From the IMG/VR virus record IMGVR_UViG_3300028048_000002, positions 1 to 64,000 of that record: a stretch of 64,000 nt of DNA; one strand, 5' to 3'. Shown piece by piece: positions 8,109 through 18,518 of the stretch (its first letter is position 1; each line of letters begins with the position of its first letter). The translations under genes and the position numbers were made by a program. Below the pieces are notes generated by a model. That model searched no databases, was not told where the DNA came from, and saw nothing but the letters and a program-made list of their open reading frames with translations. The DNA comes from a virus. Its lineage: Duplodnaviria; Caudoviricetes.

Positions 8109-9929
8109 CTATTTACGACCCAGAAGCTGAGCAAACAAATCCGGGTTATTATAAATATCTAATTTGTTATCTACAATATAATTAGCTACAGTTTCTTTTC
8201 CGTAAAGAATCTCATGAACCCTTTCATCAATAGTACCTTTAGCAAGAAGCGTGTAGATATTACATGTTTGTGTTGCTGAAATTCTATGAATACGGTCTAC
8301 AGCTTGTTGTCTATCCGCAGATGTCCAAGGTTCATCGTAGAAGATTATATTGTTAGCAGAAGTTAAAGTATGAGTAGTTCCGAGAGCACCAATGGTTCCT
8401 AATATGATTTTATATTCAGGATCATTTAAAAATAGATTTTTATTCTTTTGACGATCTGCCTCTGACATAGTACCTGTAAAGCTACATAGTTTGTAACTAT
8501 TAAAAAGATGTCGATAAATTGTCCTTAGGGGTTCAACCCAATTAGAGAATATAATCACTTTTTCATTTCTAGATATAATTTCAGCAACAATTTCTAGAAG
8601 TCTTTGAAGCTTAGCATTGTATTTGATATATTCGGAATCTACTTTTAGATTAAGATCTACAAGTTCAGGAGAGCCATTAACTTGACGAAGCCTTAGCATC
8701 TTAGCTAAAGGGTTAAGTGAACTAACTATATCTTCTCTATTTTTCCAAAGTTCATCTGTAATAGTTTGAGATAACTTGTTCTGATATGGCGTATTTTCTA
8801 CAAATTCGATAAATTCAATTTTATCAGGTAAATCTAAAACATCTTCTTTCAATCGTCTAATCATATTCGGTTGTAAAAGTGTTTTTAGTTTATCTATATT
8901 CTTATATCCGATAATTTCATAATCTCCGTACCCACCATAAACGCAAAAATTTTGATTCCATGCATAATATGAATTAATAGAATGCGCTTCAATTAATCTT
9001 AAAGGTAAGAATAAATCAGTAGGTTTGTTTACAATTGGAGTACCTGTCATAGGAATCCACATACTATTAGTTTTTGTAGCTTTCTTAATTCTTAAAAGCT
9101 GCTTACCTTGTTGAGATGAAGGAGATACATTCTTATGTACCTCATCAATAATGATCATATTTATAAAATGATTGTTTATTAACTCAATAATTTTATCTGT
9201 AAGTGAATATTTTCTATTTAACTTCATCCTTAAAGCTTCTATATTTAGGATCAAGAAGTAAGGAAGTTCATCTTCTGAATCATCACTATATTTTTTATTT
9301 GTAATTAAATCTGACAATTTGTCTTTAGATGATCCATTGTAATTAATTTTTCCAGATTTTTGCTTACGAGTTCCTAATATATATCCTTCATATAACCCAT
9401 TTGTTTGAGTTCGTATCTCTTGTTCCCAGTTATACTTTGAAACATTTATACAGCATAGAATCAAACAATGCTTAAAGTTGTGACGATCATGATTATATAG
9501 GGCTAAATTTAAACTTTCGAGACTTTTTCCAAGACCCATTAAATCCGTACATAAGAATCCATTCATATTGTGTTGAACTTCTTGCCTATATATTGCATAT
9601 TTCAAAAAGTCTATCTGATGTTCATATAGATGAGATCCAGGTTTTACATAAGTTGTTACACCAGAAATATCAATATTTGGAATAACTTGTTTTTCGTCTA
9701 AACTAGAGTTAACATCTAAGTGTTCAGTAGATTTTATAGATACCATATCTTCATAGTCAGTACCTTTAAATTGATTGATAAGCATACCTAGATGATTTTT
9801 AGGAATATACCAATATCTTTCATCGGAATTCCACTTTCTACCGGGTACTTCTTTTACAAGTTCTTTGATAGTATAATCATAAGGAAATGTAATATGATAA
9901 GAATCTTCATATTCAACAACGTTAATCAT
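8109..9929 (-). CDS. SNF2-family (SF2) helicase/translocase with N-terminal HARP-like domain
   Basis: DLMGLGKS Walker A, IIDEVH Walker B, MTGTP, QAVDRIHRI motif VI; N-terminal VKEVPGRKWNSDERYW. Confidence 0.9.
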   Translation of the reverse strand: MINVVEYEDSYHITFPYDYTIKELVKEVPGRKWNSDERYWYIPKNHLGMLINQFKGTDYEDMVSIKSTEHLDVNSSLDEKQVIPNIDISGVTTYVKPGSHLYEHQIDFLKYAIYRQEVQHNMNGFLCTDLMGLGKSLESLNLALYNHDRHNFKHCLILCCINVSKYNWEQEIRTQTNGLYEGYILGTRKQKSGKINYNGSSKDKLSDLITNKKYSDDSEDELPYFLILNIEALRMKLNRKYSLTDKIIELINNHFINMIIIDEVHKNVSPSSQQGKQLLRIKKATKTNSMWIPMTGTPIVNKPTDLFLPLRLIEAHSINSYYAWNQNFCVYGGYGDYEIIGYKNIDKLKTLLQPNMIRRLKEDVLDLPDKIEFIEFVENTPYQNKLSQTITDELWKNREDIVSSLNPLAKMLRLRQVNGSPELVDLNLKVDSEYIKYNAKLQRLLEIVAEIISRNEKVIIFSNWVEPLRTIYRHLFNSYKLCSFTGTMSEADRQKNKNLFLNDPEYKIILGTIGALGTTHTLTSANNIIFYDEPWTSADRQQAVDRIHRISATQTCNIYTLLAKGTIDERVHEILYGKETVANYIVDNKLDIYNNPDLFAQLLGRK

Positions 9930-10042
9930 TAAACCTGCCTAATTACAGTATTACTAATTATATGTATATAACGATTTATTTAGGTTTATTGATAATTCGT
10001 TTAAACAAGTAAATAAAAATACTAAGAGAAAGTTATTATGAA

Positions 10043-10405
10043 ATGCACAAAAATCAAAATATACCAGCTTGTAATGTTCAAGAGTTTTACAAAGGTGACA
10101 AAGTAAAGATAACTATGAAAACATATGAAAATTATAAAGAAGCGTTTTCATGGATAACCACTGACAAACCAAGAAAAGTAAATGAAAGTAAAAATAATCC
10201 GATGTTATTTAACGCTATTGGTGTAGTAGTATATGTTGATTCTAAACATAGAGCAAACGGCTTTGGTAGAATTCGGGTTAAACTTTTACAACCTGCTTAT
10301 GGCATACACATATGCGAATTTCCTTGCTATAAAGAAAATCTAATAGTGAAGTGTTTAGAAGATGGTACGGAAATACAAGGATTATATATTATTGAAAAAA
10401 TATGA
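10043..10405 (+). CDS. hypothetical protein; the only convincing plus-strand gene
   Basis: Fills an otherwise empty gap, has a TCGTT motif 42 bp upstream and ends in a hairpin. Confidence 0.6.
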   Translation: MHKNQNIPACNVQEFYKGDKVKITMKTYENYKEAFSWITTDKPRKVNESKNNPMLFNAIGVVVYVDSKHRANGFGRIRVKLLQPAYGIHICEFPCYKENLIVKCLEDGTEIQGLYIIEKI

Positions 10406-10430
10406 TAGACGGAGATTTCCGCCTATCATA
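10401..10430. terminator. hairpin between convergent genes
   Basis: tatgatagacgga / tccgcctatcata. Confidence 0.6.
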
Positions 10431-10459
10431 CCAAATAATAAAGTGTCTTCTAAATTGAA

Positions 10460-10966
10460 TTACTTAACTACATAGCCTCTTGTATAACCTAAACCCGATA
10501 CAAAAGCTTCAACATATAGCCATCCGTCAATTTCGTCAAGTACTTCAATAGTGCGTCTGCTGGGATATTTACCTGAGGATTGTGCATCCATTTTGTCATA
10601 AATCATAACAGCTTTATTTAGTTCAAGCATATAAGGAAACTTGGAAATATCTTCAGATACAGAGGTAGCTGCTGCAGATTCAGCTTCATGTGCCGTAACT
10701 TCTTCTAAAGTATCTACTGATTCCACTTCAGTTTCCTCTAAATTAGAAACTTCAGCTACCTCTGTATCTAAAGATTCTAAGCAAGACAAAGTAACATCTT
10801 CTTGAAGCTCTTCTGACGTTTCTACATAATCAGAATCTATTTCGTTAAGTTGAGAATTTTTAATCAGATCAATAATTTCTGCCTTCTTTAAATTGGTTGT
10901 ATCTAAATTTAAACCAGCTGCGTATTCCCTTAATTCTGCAACTCTAAGATGCTCAAGATTCTCCAT
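10460..10966 (-). CDS. protein with Rho-N/HeH-like N-terminus, acidic linker and SH3-like C-terminus
   Basis: LEHLRVAELREYAAGLNL...LKKAEIIDLI; IEVLDEIDGWLYV...RGYV. Confidence 0.55.
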   Translation of the reverse strand: MENLEHLRVAELREYAAGLNLDTTNLKKAEIIDLIKNSQLNEIDSDYVETSEELQEDVTLSCLESLDTEVAEVSNLEETEVESVDTLEEVTAHEAESAAATSVSEDISKFPYMLELNKAVMIYDKMDAQSSGKYPSRRTIEVLDEIDGWLYVEAFVSGLGYTRGYVVK

Positions 10967-10967
10967 G

Positions 10968-11390
10968 TTAATTCCTTTCTACTGTTAAAGTATACCAAAG
11001 CATATTACAAAGTATCCTAATTCTAGCTTTTTGGCCTTCGGTTAATCTACCTACGTAGGTTACTACAAGACAATTTTTACTTATACTATTTCGCATAGAA
11101 ATAAGTACACTTTGTTTAACCAGAATGTCATCTACATAATTTAAGCTTTCTCTTATATATTTGAATACATATATATCAGAAGAAAGTTTTACAGGAATTC
11201 TATATTTTAAATTATCTGGTAGCTTTGAAGTTAACGCTGCATTTAAAGCTTCAACGTTGTTTAATAGCCCCTGATATTTAGTGTATATTTTATTTGAATC
11301 TGCAGTCCATTTATTTATTGCTTCAAAAACATTATCAGTTTGTGCTAAATACTTCCTATAAAACTTATCATTTTTTTCGGGTATACTCAA
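10968..11390 (-). CDS. hypothetical protein
   Basis: ORF track; TCGTT motif upstream; non-ATG start. Confidence 0.55.
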   Translation of the reverse strand: MSIPEKNDKFYRKYLAQTDNVFEAINKWTADSNKIYTKYQGLLNNVEALNAALTSKLPDNLKYRIPVKLSSDIYVFKYIRESLNYVDDILVKQSVLISMRNSISKNCLVVTYVGRLTEGQKARIRILCNMLWYTLTVERN

Positions 11391-11442
11391 AGTTTAATTC
11401 TTCATCACTATACATTACTATGATAATGATTAATAACGAAAA

Positions 11443-12444
11443 TTAATACATCCCATTGTAGCGTATAGTTAGAAGCCAATCATCAATTAATTTCTGGATT
11501 TCATGATCAAAACTACCATAATATAAATCTAAAGTATCTGCATAATTAGCTAAAATTTCATCAGAAGTTAATGATGATTCTGCTAAAGCATTTAAGTCAA
11601 TTGACTGAAGTACATCAATTAAAGTAGAACTACAATTGTACCAAAGACTAGAATGTAATAACCATTCTTTCTGCCAACAGATACTTTGGATAAATGATTG
11701 TACATTACAGCAAGTAGAATCGCAATGCTTAATCAAATTTTCCAAAAGTATAATAGCAATACATTGAGCTTTCAATATTTCAGAAACATTATTACAGCAA
11801 GCAATAGAATCTAATTGATTAATCACATATGCATTTTCCGTAGGGATAATTTCTAAGCATTGTGGCTCTTCACATATAAGCTCTTGTACTTCATCACAAT
11901 CTAAAACTTCATCAAGATCATCAAAAGCTAGACTAGGATCATAGTTGCAATATACTTTTCCAAATTTGATTTCTTTACTTCCTTTTATTTTTGAAAGTTC
12001 AATTTGAATTTTAGACGCTGATGAAAAATCCATATCGGCAAATTCATCTTCTACGTTAAAATCTTCATTATCAAAATCCACTAATTCTTCATCATAAGCA
12101 TCTTTTGCAAATTCAGTTAATTTATCATCTATCTTATCAATTTTTATGTGAGGATAAGCTTCCTTCTTTCCGTTTTTAGCTAAGCAATACATGTCGTATA
12201 GATCTTTACGTCCGCTACTTTGAACCAGTTTAATTTTAATTTGATTTCCTTGTTTGGTTACAGCGGTAAATAATTCACCTACAGTTTTGCCTTCAGCATC
12301 AGTTACAGGTTCGGCATCTTTAGCTTTTATGCTACATTCGTTTAAGAATTTAAATACATCGGTAAATGCAGTAGATATACCTTTTAATATATCATAAACT
12401 TTTCCAGCTTCAACAGCCTCTTTAGATTCAAGTTGTATAGTCAT
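11443..12444 (-). CDS. hypothetical head-associated protein
   Basis: Next to the head genes, ACCTT motif upstream, GAGG Shine-Dalgarno, internal IKGS/VYCN/IACC-type motifs. Confidence 0.55.
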   Translation of the reverse strand: MTIQLESKEAVEAGKVYDILKGISTAFTDVFKFLNECSIKAKDAEPVTDAEGKTVGELFTAVTKQGNQIKIKLVQSSGRKDLYDMYCLAKNGKKEAYPHIKIDKIDDKLTEFAKDAYDEELVDFDNEDFNVEDEFADMDFSSASKIQIELSKIKGSKEIKFGKVYCNYDPSLAFDDLDEVLDCDEVQELICEEPQCLEIIPTENAYVINQLDSIACCNNVSEILKAQCIAIILLENLIKHCDSTCCNVQSFIQSICWQKEWLLHSSLWYNCSSTLIDVLQSIDLNALAESSLTSDEILANYADTLDLYYGSFDHEIQKLIDDWLLTIRYNGMY

Positions 12445-12500
12445 AGTACCTACCTCAATAATTAAATATAGATATATTTGATATTTAAGGTATATACATA

Positions 12501-12536
12501 AATAAGGGTCACAACCTTTCGGAAGTGACCCTTATT
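12501..12536 (-). terminator. intrinsic terminator after the capsid operon
   Basis: aataagggtcac / gtgacccttatt stem with a T-rich tail on the minus strand. Confidence 0.75.
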
Positions 12537-12571
12537 GGGAAAGGAGTAAGCCTTGCAGCTATTAAGCGTAA

Positions 12572-12892
12572 TTAACGGGAACGACGCACAGAACGACGAG
12601 CACGAGCACGGGTTGAAGCCTTAACAGATCTCTTCAGAACACGAGTTGAAGCCTCAAGAACTTCTTCGTCGCCTTCAGGCTCAGCAGTGAAGACTTCGTC
12701 ACCAACGGTAAACTCAACACCTTCCTCAGAAGCTTCAGCAACGACATCTTCACCCGTTACTTCAGCGAGGATTTCAGCAACATCCTCAGTTTCAAACAGA
12801 AGATCAGTAGCCTCAGGAGCTACTTCAGTATCAGCCATTACACGACGGCCACGATGTAACTTACGAGATGCAGCAATTTTCTTAACGCGCAT
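12572..12892 (-). CDS. prohead core/internal protein: acidic core between Arg-rich arms
   Basis: IAAS, VMAD, LEAS and VKAS motifs bracket the acidic core; codon usage like the capsid gene. Confidence 0.6.
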   Translation of the reverse strand: MRVKKIAASRKLHRGRRVMADTEVAPEATDLLFETEDVAEILAEVTGEDVVAEASEEGVEFTVGDEVFTAEPEGDEEVLEASTRVLKRSVKASTRARARRSVRRSR

Positions 12893-12903
12893 AATAAATC
12901 TCC

Positions 12904-13614
12904 TTAATTTACAATAATCATGCGATTTCTTTTACTTCCAAGTTCTTCACGTATCGAAGCTAATTCTTCATTACCCTCTTGCAGTAGAATTTCACCATCT
13001 AACGATACGTTAGACCCTTCAATAGTGTATTTAGATCTTGTTCTGCCTAAAGCTATTTTCATATTAGCTGTAGACATCCTAATTAGATAATTTAACCAAG
13101 TAGAATCTACTAATTCAGAAACATCTTGGAAATCAGGTACATATCGAATAGTAACTACCGTAGGTCTAGGATCACGATGTGTGCAATAAACTACTTGATT
13201 TAGACTATCGTATCTCCATTGGAAATCTGTAGTAACTGTATTTCTAACTTGAGCCATAGCCATTTCGGTCATTATAGGGTCAATATTAATTCCCGCATTG
13301 TTACCAATTGCAGAATATGTGTTTACAGCAGCAGCTGTTTGGAACACATTACCTGAATCTACAGTACTTAAAGTTAAACCAATTCTTGGATACGCAGCTT
13401 GCACGGTTAAAACTTTTCGAGCTTTGATACCTAAAGCAACAAGATCTAATCTAGTTGAAAAAGGTACAGTTTTTTCTACGGAGGTGCGTATATATCTCTT
13501 AAGTTCAGTAAACGCAATTTCTACCGCTTTTTCTACCTGTAACCCTTCAACGTTTTCGTTAGAAGGGAGACCTAACATAAAGCTTACTTGAGATACTATC
13601 TCGTTCATCTTCAT
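12904..13614 (-). CDS. neck / head-tail adaptor (T4 gp13-like)
   Basis: C-terminal LGRTRSKY...SLDGEILLQEGNEELASIREEL signature; downstream of the capsid gene. Confidence 0.72.
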   Translation of the reverse strand: MKMNEIVSQVSFMLGLPSNENVEGLQVEKAVEIAFTELKRYIRTSVEKTVPFSTRLDLVALGIKARKVLTVQAAYPRIGLTLSTVDSGNVFQTAAAVNTYSAIGNNAGINIDPIMTEMAMAQVRNTVTTDFQWRYDSLNQVVYCTHRDPRPTVVTIRYVPDFQDVSELVDSTWLNYLIRMSTANMKIALGRTRSKYTIEGSNVSLDGEILLQEGNEELASIREELGSKRNRMIIVN

Positions 13615-13658
13615 AATTACCATCTCCCTTCTATTAACGAAATTTAACAGTTAAGATA

Positions 13659-14024
13659 CTAAGCAGAAGCTTCTTCAGATTCACCGTCTCCAACTTCAAC
13701 AGTGAAACCTTGATCAGCTAAAGAAACACCCAGTTCTTTGTAGTATTCGATAACCTTCTCATCAGTTTCGGTTACCGTAGCACTACCATCACGCATAGCT
13801 GCTTTAAACATGATAGCATATCCGGGATGTGCAGTAACTTTAGAAAGATAGTTTACAAGACCTTCCCAAGTACCAAATCCTTCTACGTTAGTGTCCCAAA
13901 TAGTTCCAGCATAAGGCTCAGAATCTACATAAGAATTAGTAGGAAAATAAGTAGCAGAAATAGGAGCTACTACGCCATCAACAGGAGCAACAGGAGCGGT
14001 ATACGTAATCGTAATTGTTGCCAT
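13659..14024 (-). CDS. putative capsid decoration / head structural protein
   Basis: Directly after the capsid gene; GAGGAGG Shine-Dalgarno before MATITITY; high-expression codon bias. Confidence 0.55.
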   Translation of the reverse strand: MATITITYTAPVAPVDGVVAPISATYFPTNSYVDSEPYAGTIWDTNVEGFGTWEGLVNYLSKVTAHPGYAIMFKAAMRDGSATVTETDEKVIEYYKELGVSLADQGFTVEVGDGESEEASA

Positions 14025-14064
14025 ATCTTTTAACCTCCTCACGAATTAACTAAAGGGTTATAAC

Positions 14065-15519
14065 TTAGAATGTACCTTCAATCTTACCACTTATAACAGT
14101 TTCGGGATTGACAACGTTCAGAGCATACATGGTATATGCACCCATCTGCTGAGACATGTTGCCAAGACCAATAACATCAGTAGTAGCGACAGGGAGATAC
14201 TCACCGAATAGACCGGAGTTTCTACGGATGTCATCAGACTTGCAAGAGAGCACGTACTGAGTAGGATCATAATCCGGAGCCACATAGACTTCGAACTGAT
14301 CGAGGCGGCCTAGATGATAAGGACCAACGTTGTCCGTGCTAGTATCGGCAACGAATCCGTCAATCATTGCGACATATTCAGCTGCGATGGTACCGACAGT
14401 TAAGCGGTTCGGGCGGGCAAGGCGAGTGGACTGATAAACAGCAGCCGCAGCCTGACCCAGCTTCAGCTTAAACATGTTGAGATAGTCGCTAGGAACAACA
14501 GCACCGCTTAATACAGGGCTAGCATCCCAGTTAAACTGCGGCTTATAAGCAGCAGCTTGTGCAAGCTTGTTAAAAGCAGAGGTGTTAATTTCTGCGGTGA
14601 TTTCAGCGATAGCAGCTTCCTTAGCCATATCGCCAATATTAGCACCATACTCAGCTTGAGCTGCAAAAGCGCTATAGACGCTCCAATAGCAAGCAAGTTC
14701 ACGAGCTTCAGCTACAAGGTTGATCTCATCAAGCTGGAGGTAACCCTTAGCCATCTGAGCACCATATTCATAACCGTAACCCTCAGCGCTATCGTAACGA
14801 GGACCAACGTTCTCGTTGTCATACTGATAAGTAGCTTTTACAGCGTTGCCGTCAGAAGCCGCAGGAGCAGAGGTTAGAGTAAATGAACCAGTAGCATAGT
14901 TGATAGTACCAGCATTAGAACCATCAGCAGCTTTAAGGGTGCCAGCACCATCATCAGTATAAGCAGTAGTAGCGCCAGCAGCAACAGCTTGAATGGTTAC
15001 CGAACCCGGAAGCACGGGACCGTAAACAAGCGTATCAGTAGCTTTAATATCTGCACCTTCAGCTACAACCTCGTTCTTCACGATTCTACCAGTGAAGTTT
15101 GGATCAGTACCCTGACGGTTTACAAACGGGCTAGAAAGAATAGTACCAGCAGCTGTCTCACCCTTGGTGTTCTCAGCAATGAACTTAAAGTAAGGGATGA
15201 GTTGCTGACGAGAACGCATAGCAACTGAACCGAAAACGTCTAGAACTAAAAGCTTCTGAACGAACAGAGGCAGGAGTTCTAAGAAGTCCGGACGAGCCAT
15301 GATGTTTGTCGTGTTAGTAGCAGCCGTAATGGTCTGACCCTGGCGACGAGCGTTACGCTGAAGCTGCTGAGCGAACATGCGCTTTTCTTGAGAAAGGTTG
15401 CGCATCGTAGCAGACATAACAGGAGCAGCAGTGCGACGATTAGCACCTGCGGTAATTGACGTACCAGCAGTTACTGGATGAACCATGCGACGCGCTCCCC
15501 CTTTTCCTGAAATTTTCAT
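14065..15519 (-). CDS. major capsid protein, T4 gp23-like HK97 fold, with cleavable N-arm and a beta-rich insertion
   Basis: AEARELACYWS...AQAEYG...ITAEIN, G.LDQFEVYVAP, GLFGEYLP; follows the prohead protease; strongest codon bias in the window. Confidence 0.9.
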   Translation of the reverse strand: MKISGKGGARRMVHPVTAGTSITAGANRRTAAPVMSATMRNLSQEKRMFAQQLQRNARRQGQTITAATNTTNIMARPDFLELLPLFVQKLLVLDVFGSVAMRSRQQLIPYFKFIAENTKGETAAGTILSSPFVNRQGTDPNFTGRIVKNEVVAEGADIKATDTLVYGPVLPGSVTIQAVAAGATTAYTDDGAGTLKAADGSNAGTINYATGSFTLTSAPAASDGNAVKATYQYDNENVGPRYDSAEGYGYEYGAQMAKGYLQLDEINLVAEARELACYWSVYSAFAAQAEYGANIGDMAKEAAIAEITAEINTSAFNKLAQAAAYKPQFNWDASPVLSGAVVPSDYLNMFKLKLGQAAAAVYQSTRLARPNRLTVGTIAAEYVAMIDGFVADTSTDNVGPYHLGRLDQFEVYVAPDYDPTQYVLSCKSDDIRRNSGLFGEYLPVATTDVIGLGNMSQQMGAYTMYALNVVNPETVISGKIEGTF

Positions 15520-15531
15520 GTTATCTCCTAA

Positions 15532-16989
15532 CTAAAGAGTTACCAAATAGTTTTCATCATCTAAATCGCTGTTCCAAGCTTCACCAGTTTGTTGCAGTTC
15601 AGCAAACTCATCAGAAACAGTAATCGGTGCTGACGAACTTACTATCCTTTTCTGTAAGTCAGCAACCGAAGTCGAAGCTGTTACAGAAACATTGCTAAGA
15701 TTTACGCCAACAGCTTTTGAATATAAAGAAGCATACGCATCTTGATATTCTTCAATAAGCTGTTGTGAAGCTAAAATATCTTTCTGCAGTTCTGAAACTT
15801 GTGCATCCAAGTTAGATGCTTCTTCAAGAGCTTGATTCGCTTCAACAACGGTTTTGTCTAGCTCATCTTGCAATTTAGATATTTTATCATCACTGGCTTT
15901 AATCTTCGCATTATATTGAAGGTTTGTTTCATTACTAGTTTCTACTTCTTGTTTTAAATGCTTATTGGCAGCTGTTATAGTAGCTAATTTATCAGTTAAT
16001 TTTTGATTACTGCCTTCAATAACAGTTAATTTAGCTTCTAAAGATTTCTTATCAGATTTAAGACTTTGATTAGACGCTTTGATAGCTTTATTCTCTCGTG
16101 TAAGTTTTCTAACAGTTTGCTTTAACTCTTTGCAGCTTTGTATATATTGACCTTCTACATCATCTATATGATGTTCTTGATCAGCTACAATTCTCAACAT
16201 AGCATTAAGCTTCTTGTTGCTTCTAATGTTTTCGCTTTGTTGTTTTGCGTATAAATCCTCAATAACAGCTTCTGCTTTATCTGCACGAGCTTTTTCTTGT
16301 AAGTATAAATGCATGACTCCTTGAAGCTTTTCATCTTCTAATGAAGGCTCTGAGGTAATGGTATTTAATAATTCCTGCTTGCGGTCTTCTAGTTCTGCAT
16401 AAGTTTCAGATTGTTCAGGGAATTGACTTTGAATAACGTTTAAAGCTTCACAAGATGTGATGTTTTTTAAATCCAAGGCAACAGAGCTACATATTTTTTT
16501 ATATTTTGCTTGTAAATCAGAGTTTGTAGAAGCAGCAATTTCTGTAAATTCAGGAATAGCATCAGTATATGCAGGGAAAGTAACTAAATCAAATCCACGG
16601 AATACAAAAGTTTCAGGATCTACTGAATTATCTATGATGTCTCCTGCGCCTCTTACAGAAATTCCGAATGATACCCCAGCATCGATAAACGTTTTAACAA
16701 TACGACCTACAGGAGTATCAATTAAATCGAATTCTCCAAATACTTCACCGTTGTCATCAATATGACCTTCTCTCATAACAATGCAAGCATTCATAAAATT
16801 CATATCAGAAGGATCTTCAGGATGACCTAAATAGCCGATATAATGCCCTAAATCTAAAGCATTTTTATATATTTCAGAATTAAATAATGTTTCCCATACA
16901 GGTCTTGTAATATCTAATCCGTTTTCATTAGTTACAGTTGCATCAGCACATTTTCCAGAAAACGTACCAATTACTGTAGGTTTTTTCAT
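15532..16989 (-). CDS. prohead protease (T4 gp21-like) fused to a coiled-coil scaffold
   Basis: NENG...GYLGHP...DTPVGRIVKTFIDAGVSFGISVRGAG...FDLVTFPAY, then about 300 aa of coiled coil. Confidence 0.88.
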   Translation of the reverse strand: MKKPTVIGTFSGKCADATVTNENGLDITRPVWETLFNSEIYKNALDLGHYIGYLGHPEDPSDMNFMNACIVMREGHIDDNGEVFGEFDLIDTPVGRIVKTFIDAGVSFGISVRGAGDIIDNSVDPETFVFRGFDLVTFPAYTDAIPEFTEIAASTNSDLQAKYKKICSSVALDLKNITSCEALNVIQSQFPEQSETYAELEDRKQELLNTITSEPSLEDEKLQGVMHLYLQEKARADKAEAVIEDLYAKQQSENIRSNKKLNAMLRIVADQEHHIDDVEGQYIQSCKELKQTVRKLTRENKAIKASNQSLKSDKKSLEAKLTVIEGSNQKLTDKLATITAANKHLKQEVETSNETNLQYNAKIKASDDKISKLQDELDKTVVEANQALEEASNLDAQVSELQKDILASQQLIEEYQDAYASLYSKAVGVNLSNVSVTASTSVADLQKRIVSSSAPITVSDEFAELQQTGEAWNSDLDDENYLVTL

Positions 16990-17031
16990 ATTTACCACCT
17001 CTATATTTTTTGCTAACTAGCTTTTGCTTGA

Positions 17032-17406
17032 CTAACTTTGCAAGTACTTCTTAGATAAGCGAACTATTCCACCAATTGCAAGTGTTTTTAACGCTTCTTT
17101 AATAATTCCACCGTTTACATCTTCTTGATATGTAGCTATATCATTATCAATTAATTGATCATAAGCATCTTCAGTTAACTTCTCTATCTTATCAATATCT
17201 TGTTCTGAAACGCTTATTTCCGTATCTAAATCTGCATTTAAAGCATAATACGAATCACCAACTTGCAATTGCAATACACCATCTAAAGATTCTGTCAAAC
17301 CTAATTCAAAATTTTTAAGCTCATCAATTTGCGATAAAAGATCTAAAATAGCAACAGGGGTATATAGAATTTCTTCTTGATTTAGTTGTTCTGCAAAAAT
17401 TTTCAT
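17032..17406 (-). CDS. acidic head-associated protein with MKIFA leader
   Basis: AAGGAG Shine-Dalgarno; directly upstream of the protease. Confidence 0.55.
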   Translation of the reverse strand: MKIFAEQLNQEEILYTPVAILDLLSQIDELKNFELGLTESLDGVLQLQVGDSYYALNADLDTEISVSEQDIDKIEKLTEDAYDQLIDNDIATYQEDVNGGIIKEALKTLAIGGIVRLSKKYLQS

Positions 17407-17415
17407 CATAACTCC

Positions 17416-18507
17416 TTAATGTTCATCCCAGAAGTGCCATAATAAAGCATCATTTATATTATCGTATAAGTTATATGTAGATCCGATACTAAGTTGTTCT
17501 AATCCACCTAATTGAATTTTCCAAATAACTTGCACAACTTGATTTAAACCTACTCTTAAAATACTCTTTTTCAATAAATCTTGATTAGCAAGTTGCTGTT
17601 CACCAAGTTCAGTAAGAACTTTTTCTCCTTCAACAATTTCATAGTCTAAATCAAAATGCCCTGGAATCCATTCACTTCCTTCATATGAGCCCTCAATCCA
17701 AGAACCAAACTTAGAAGTAGATTCACTGGTAGGTGCAATTCTATACCCTGCAAGTAATCCGTTATCTCCGCTATTTTCCCAAACTTTTTTAGACCATAAA
17801 CCTGCTTCTGTAATGAAAATATATGAAGCTGCATTACCAGCATCATCATATCTAAATTGAGATAAGGAACCAACAGATATTATACCACTATATATGATAT
17901 CAATAGTTTTAGGTACTTCAGCAGATTGTTCAGGTACAATTTCTCTATATGAAATAGCGGTTCTAGGATATGTATCAGAAATAAGTTCACAACTGATTAC
18001 AGATGAAAATTCTCTATCTTCAAATTTCGGACCTAATCCGAAATAAAGACGTCCATTGTTATTATTTACATCATATCCATCAGCACCGAATCCAGGACAT
18101 TGAGATATGTAGTGACACAATCGTTCAGTTTCAGGATCACCATAGTAAAGAGGTACTCCGGAATCAGTAGCATTAGGATCTAAACTATCAGTATCATACC
18201 CAAGACCTACAGGTAGATGATATTCGTCTTCAGCTTGTGTAAATAATCCCATAGTCCCTAGAGAAATATATCTAGGTATATGATCAGATAACATATCGTA
18301 AGCTTGATTGTACACACCGTCGCCAACAAGATAATGGGCAATCCCTGTAAGCAAAGAATTCGTTGCAGCATTGTGACCTTCATGTTCTTGTATAATCTCA
18401 TGCGTATCAGCGTCTAGAACACGTAATGTAACATTATGTTCGATAGACATGTTTTTAATAGCTTGAGATATTGTTTTTTGATTTAACGGACTATATAACT
18501 TTCGCAT
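17416..18507 (-). CDS. baseplate / tail-fibre attachment (collar-like) protein
   Basis: HNAATN...YISLGT...ITEAGLW...VIWKI pattern and position downstream of the wedge genes. Confidence 0.55.
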   Translation of the reverse strand: MRKLYSPLNQKTISQAIKNMSIEHNVTLRVLDADTHEIIQEHEGHNAATNSLLTGIAHYLVGDGVYNQAYDMLSDHIPRYISLGTMGLFTQAEDEYHLPVGLGYDTDSLDPNATDSGVPLYYGDPETERLCHYISQCPGFGADGYDVNNNNGRLYFGLGPKFEDREFSSVISCELISDTYPRTAISYREIVPEQSAEVPKTIDIIYSGIISVGSLSQFRYDDAGNAASYIFITEAGLWSKKVWENSGDNGLLAGYRIAPTSESTSKFGSWIEGSYEGSEWIPGHFDLDYEIVEGEKVLTELGEQQLANQDLLKKSILRVGLNQVVQVIWKIQLGGLEQLSIGSTYNLYDNINDALLWHFWDEH

Positions 18508-18518
18508 ATTATAACACC

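Noticed and set aside
12572-15519. Raised GC in the capsid region as a horizontally acquired island
   Set aside because: It is confined to highly expressed structural genes, drops in the neck gene between them, and the proteins share the cleavage motif with AT-rich neighbours. Codon optimisation explains it better.
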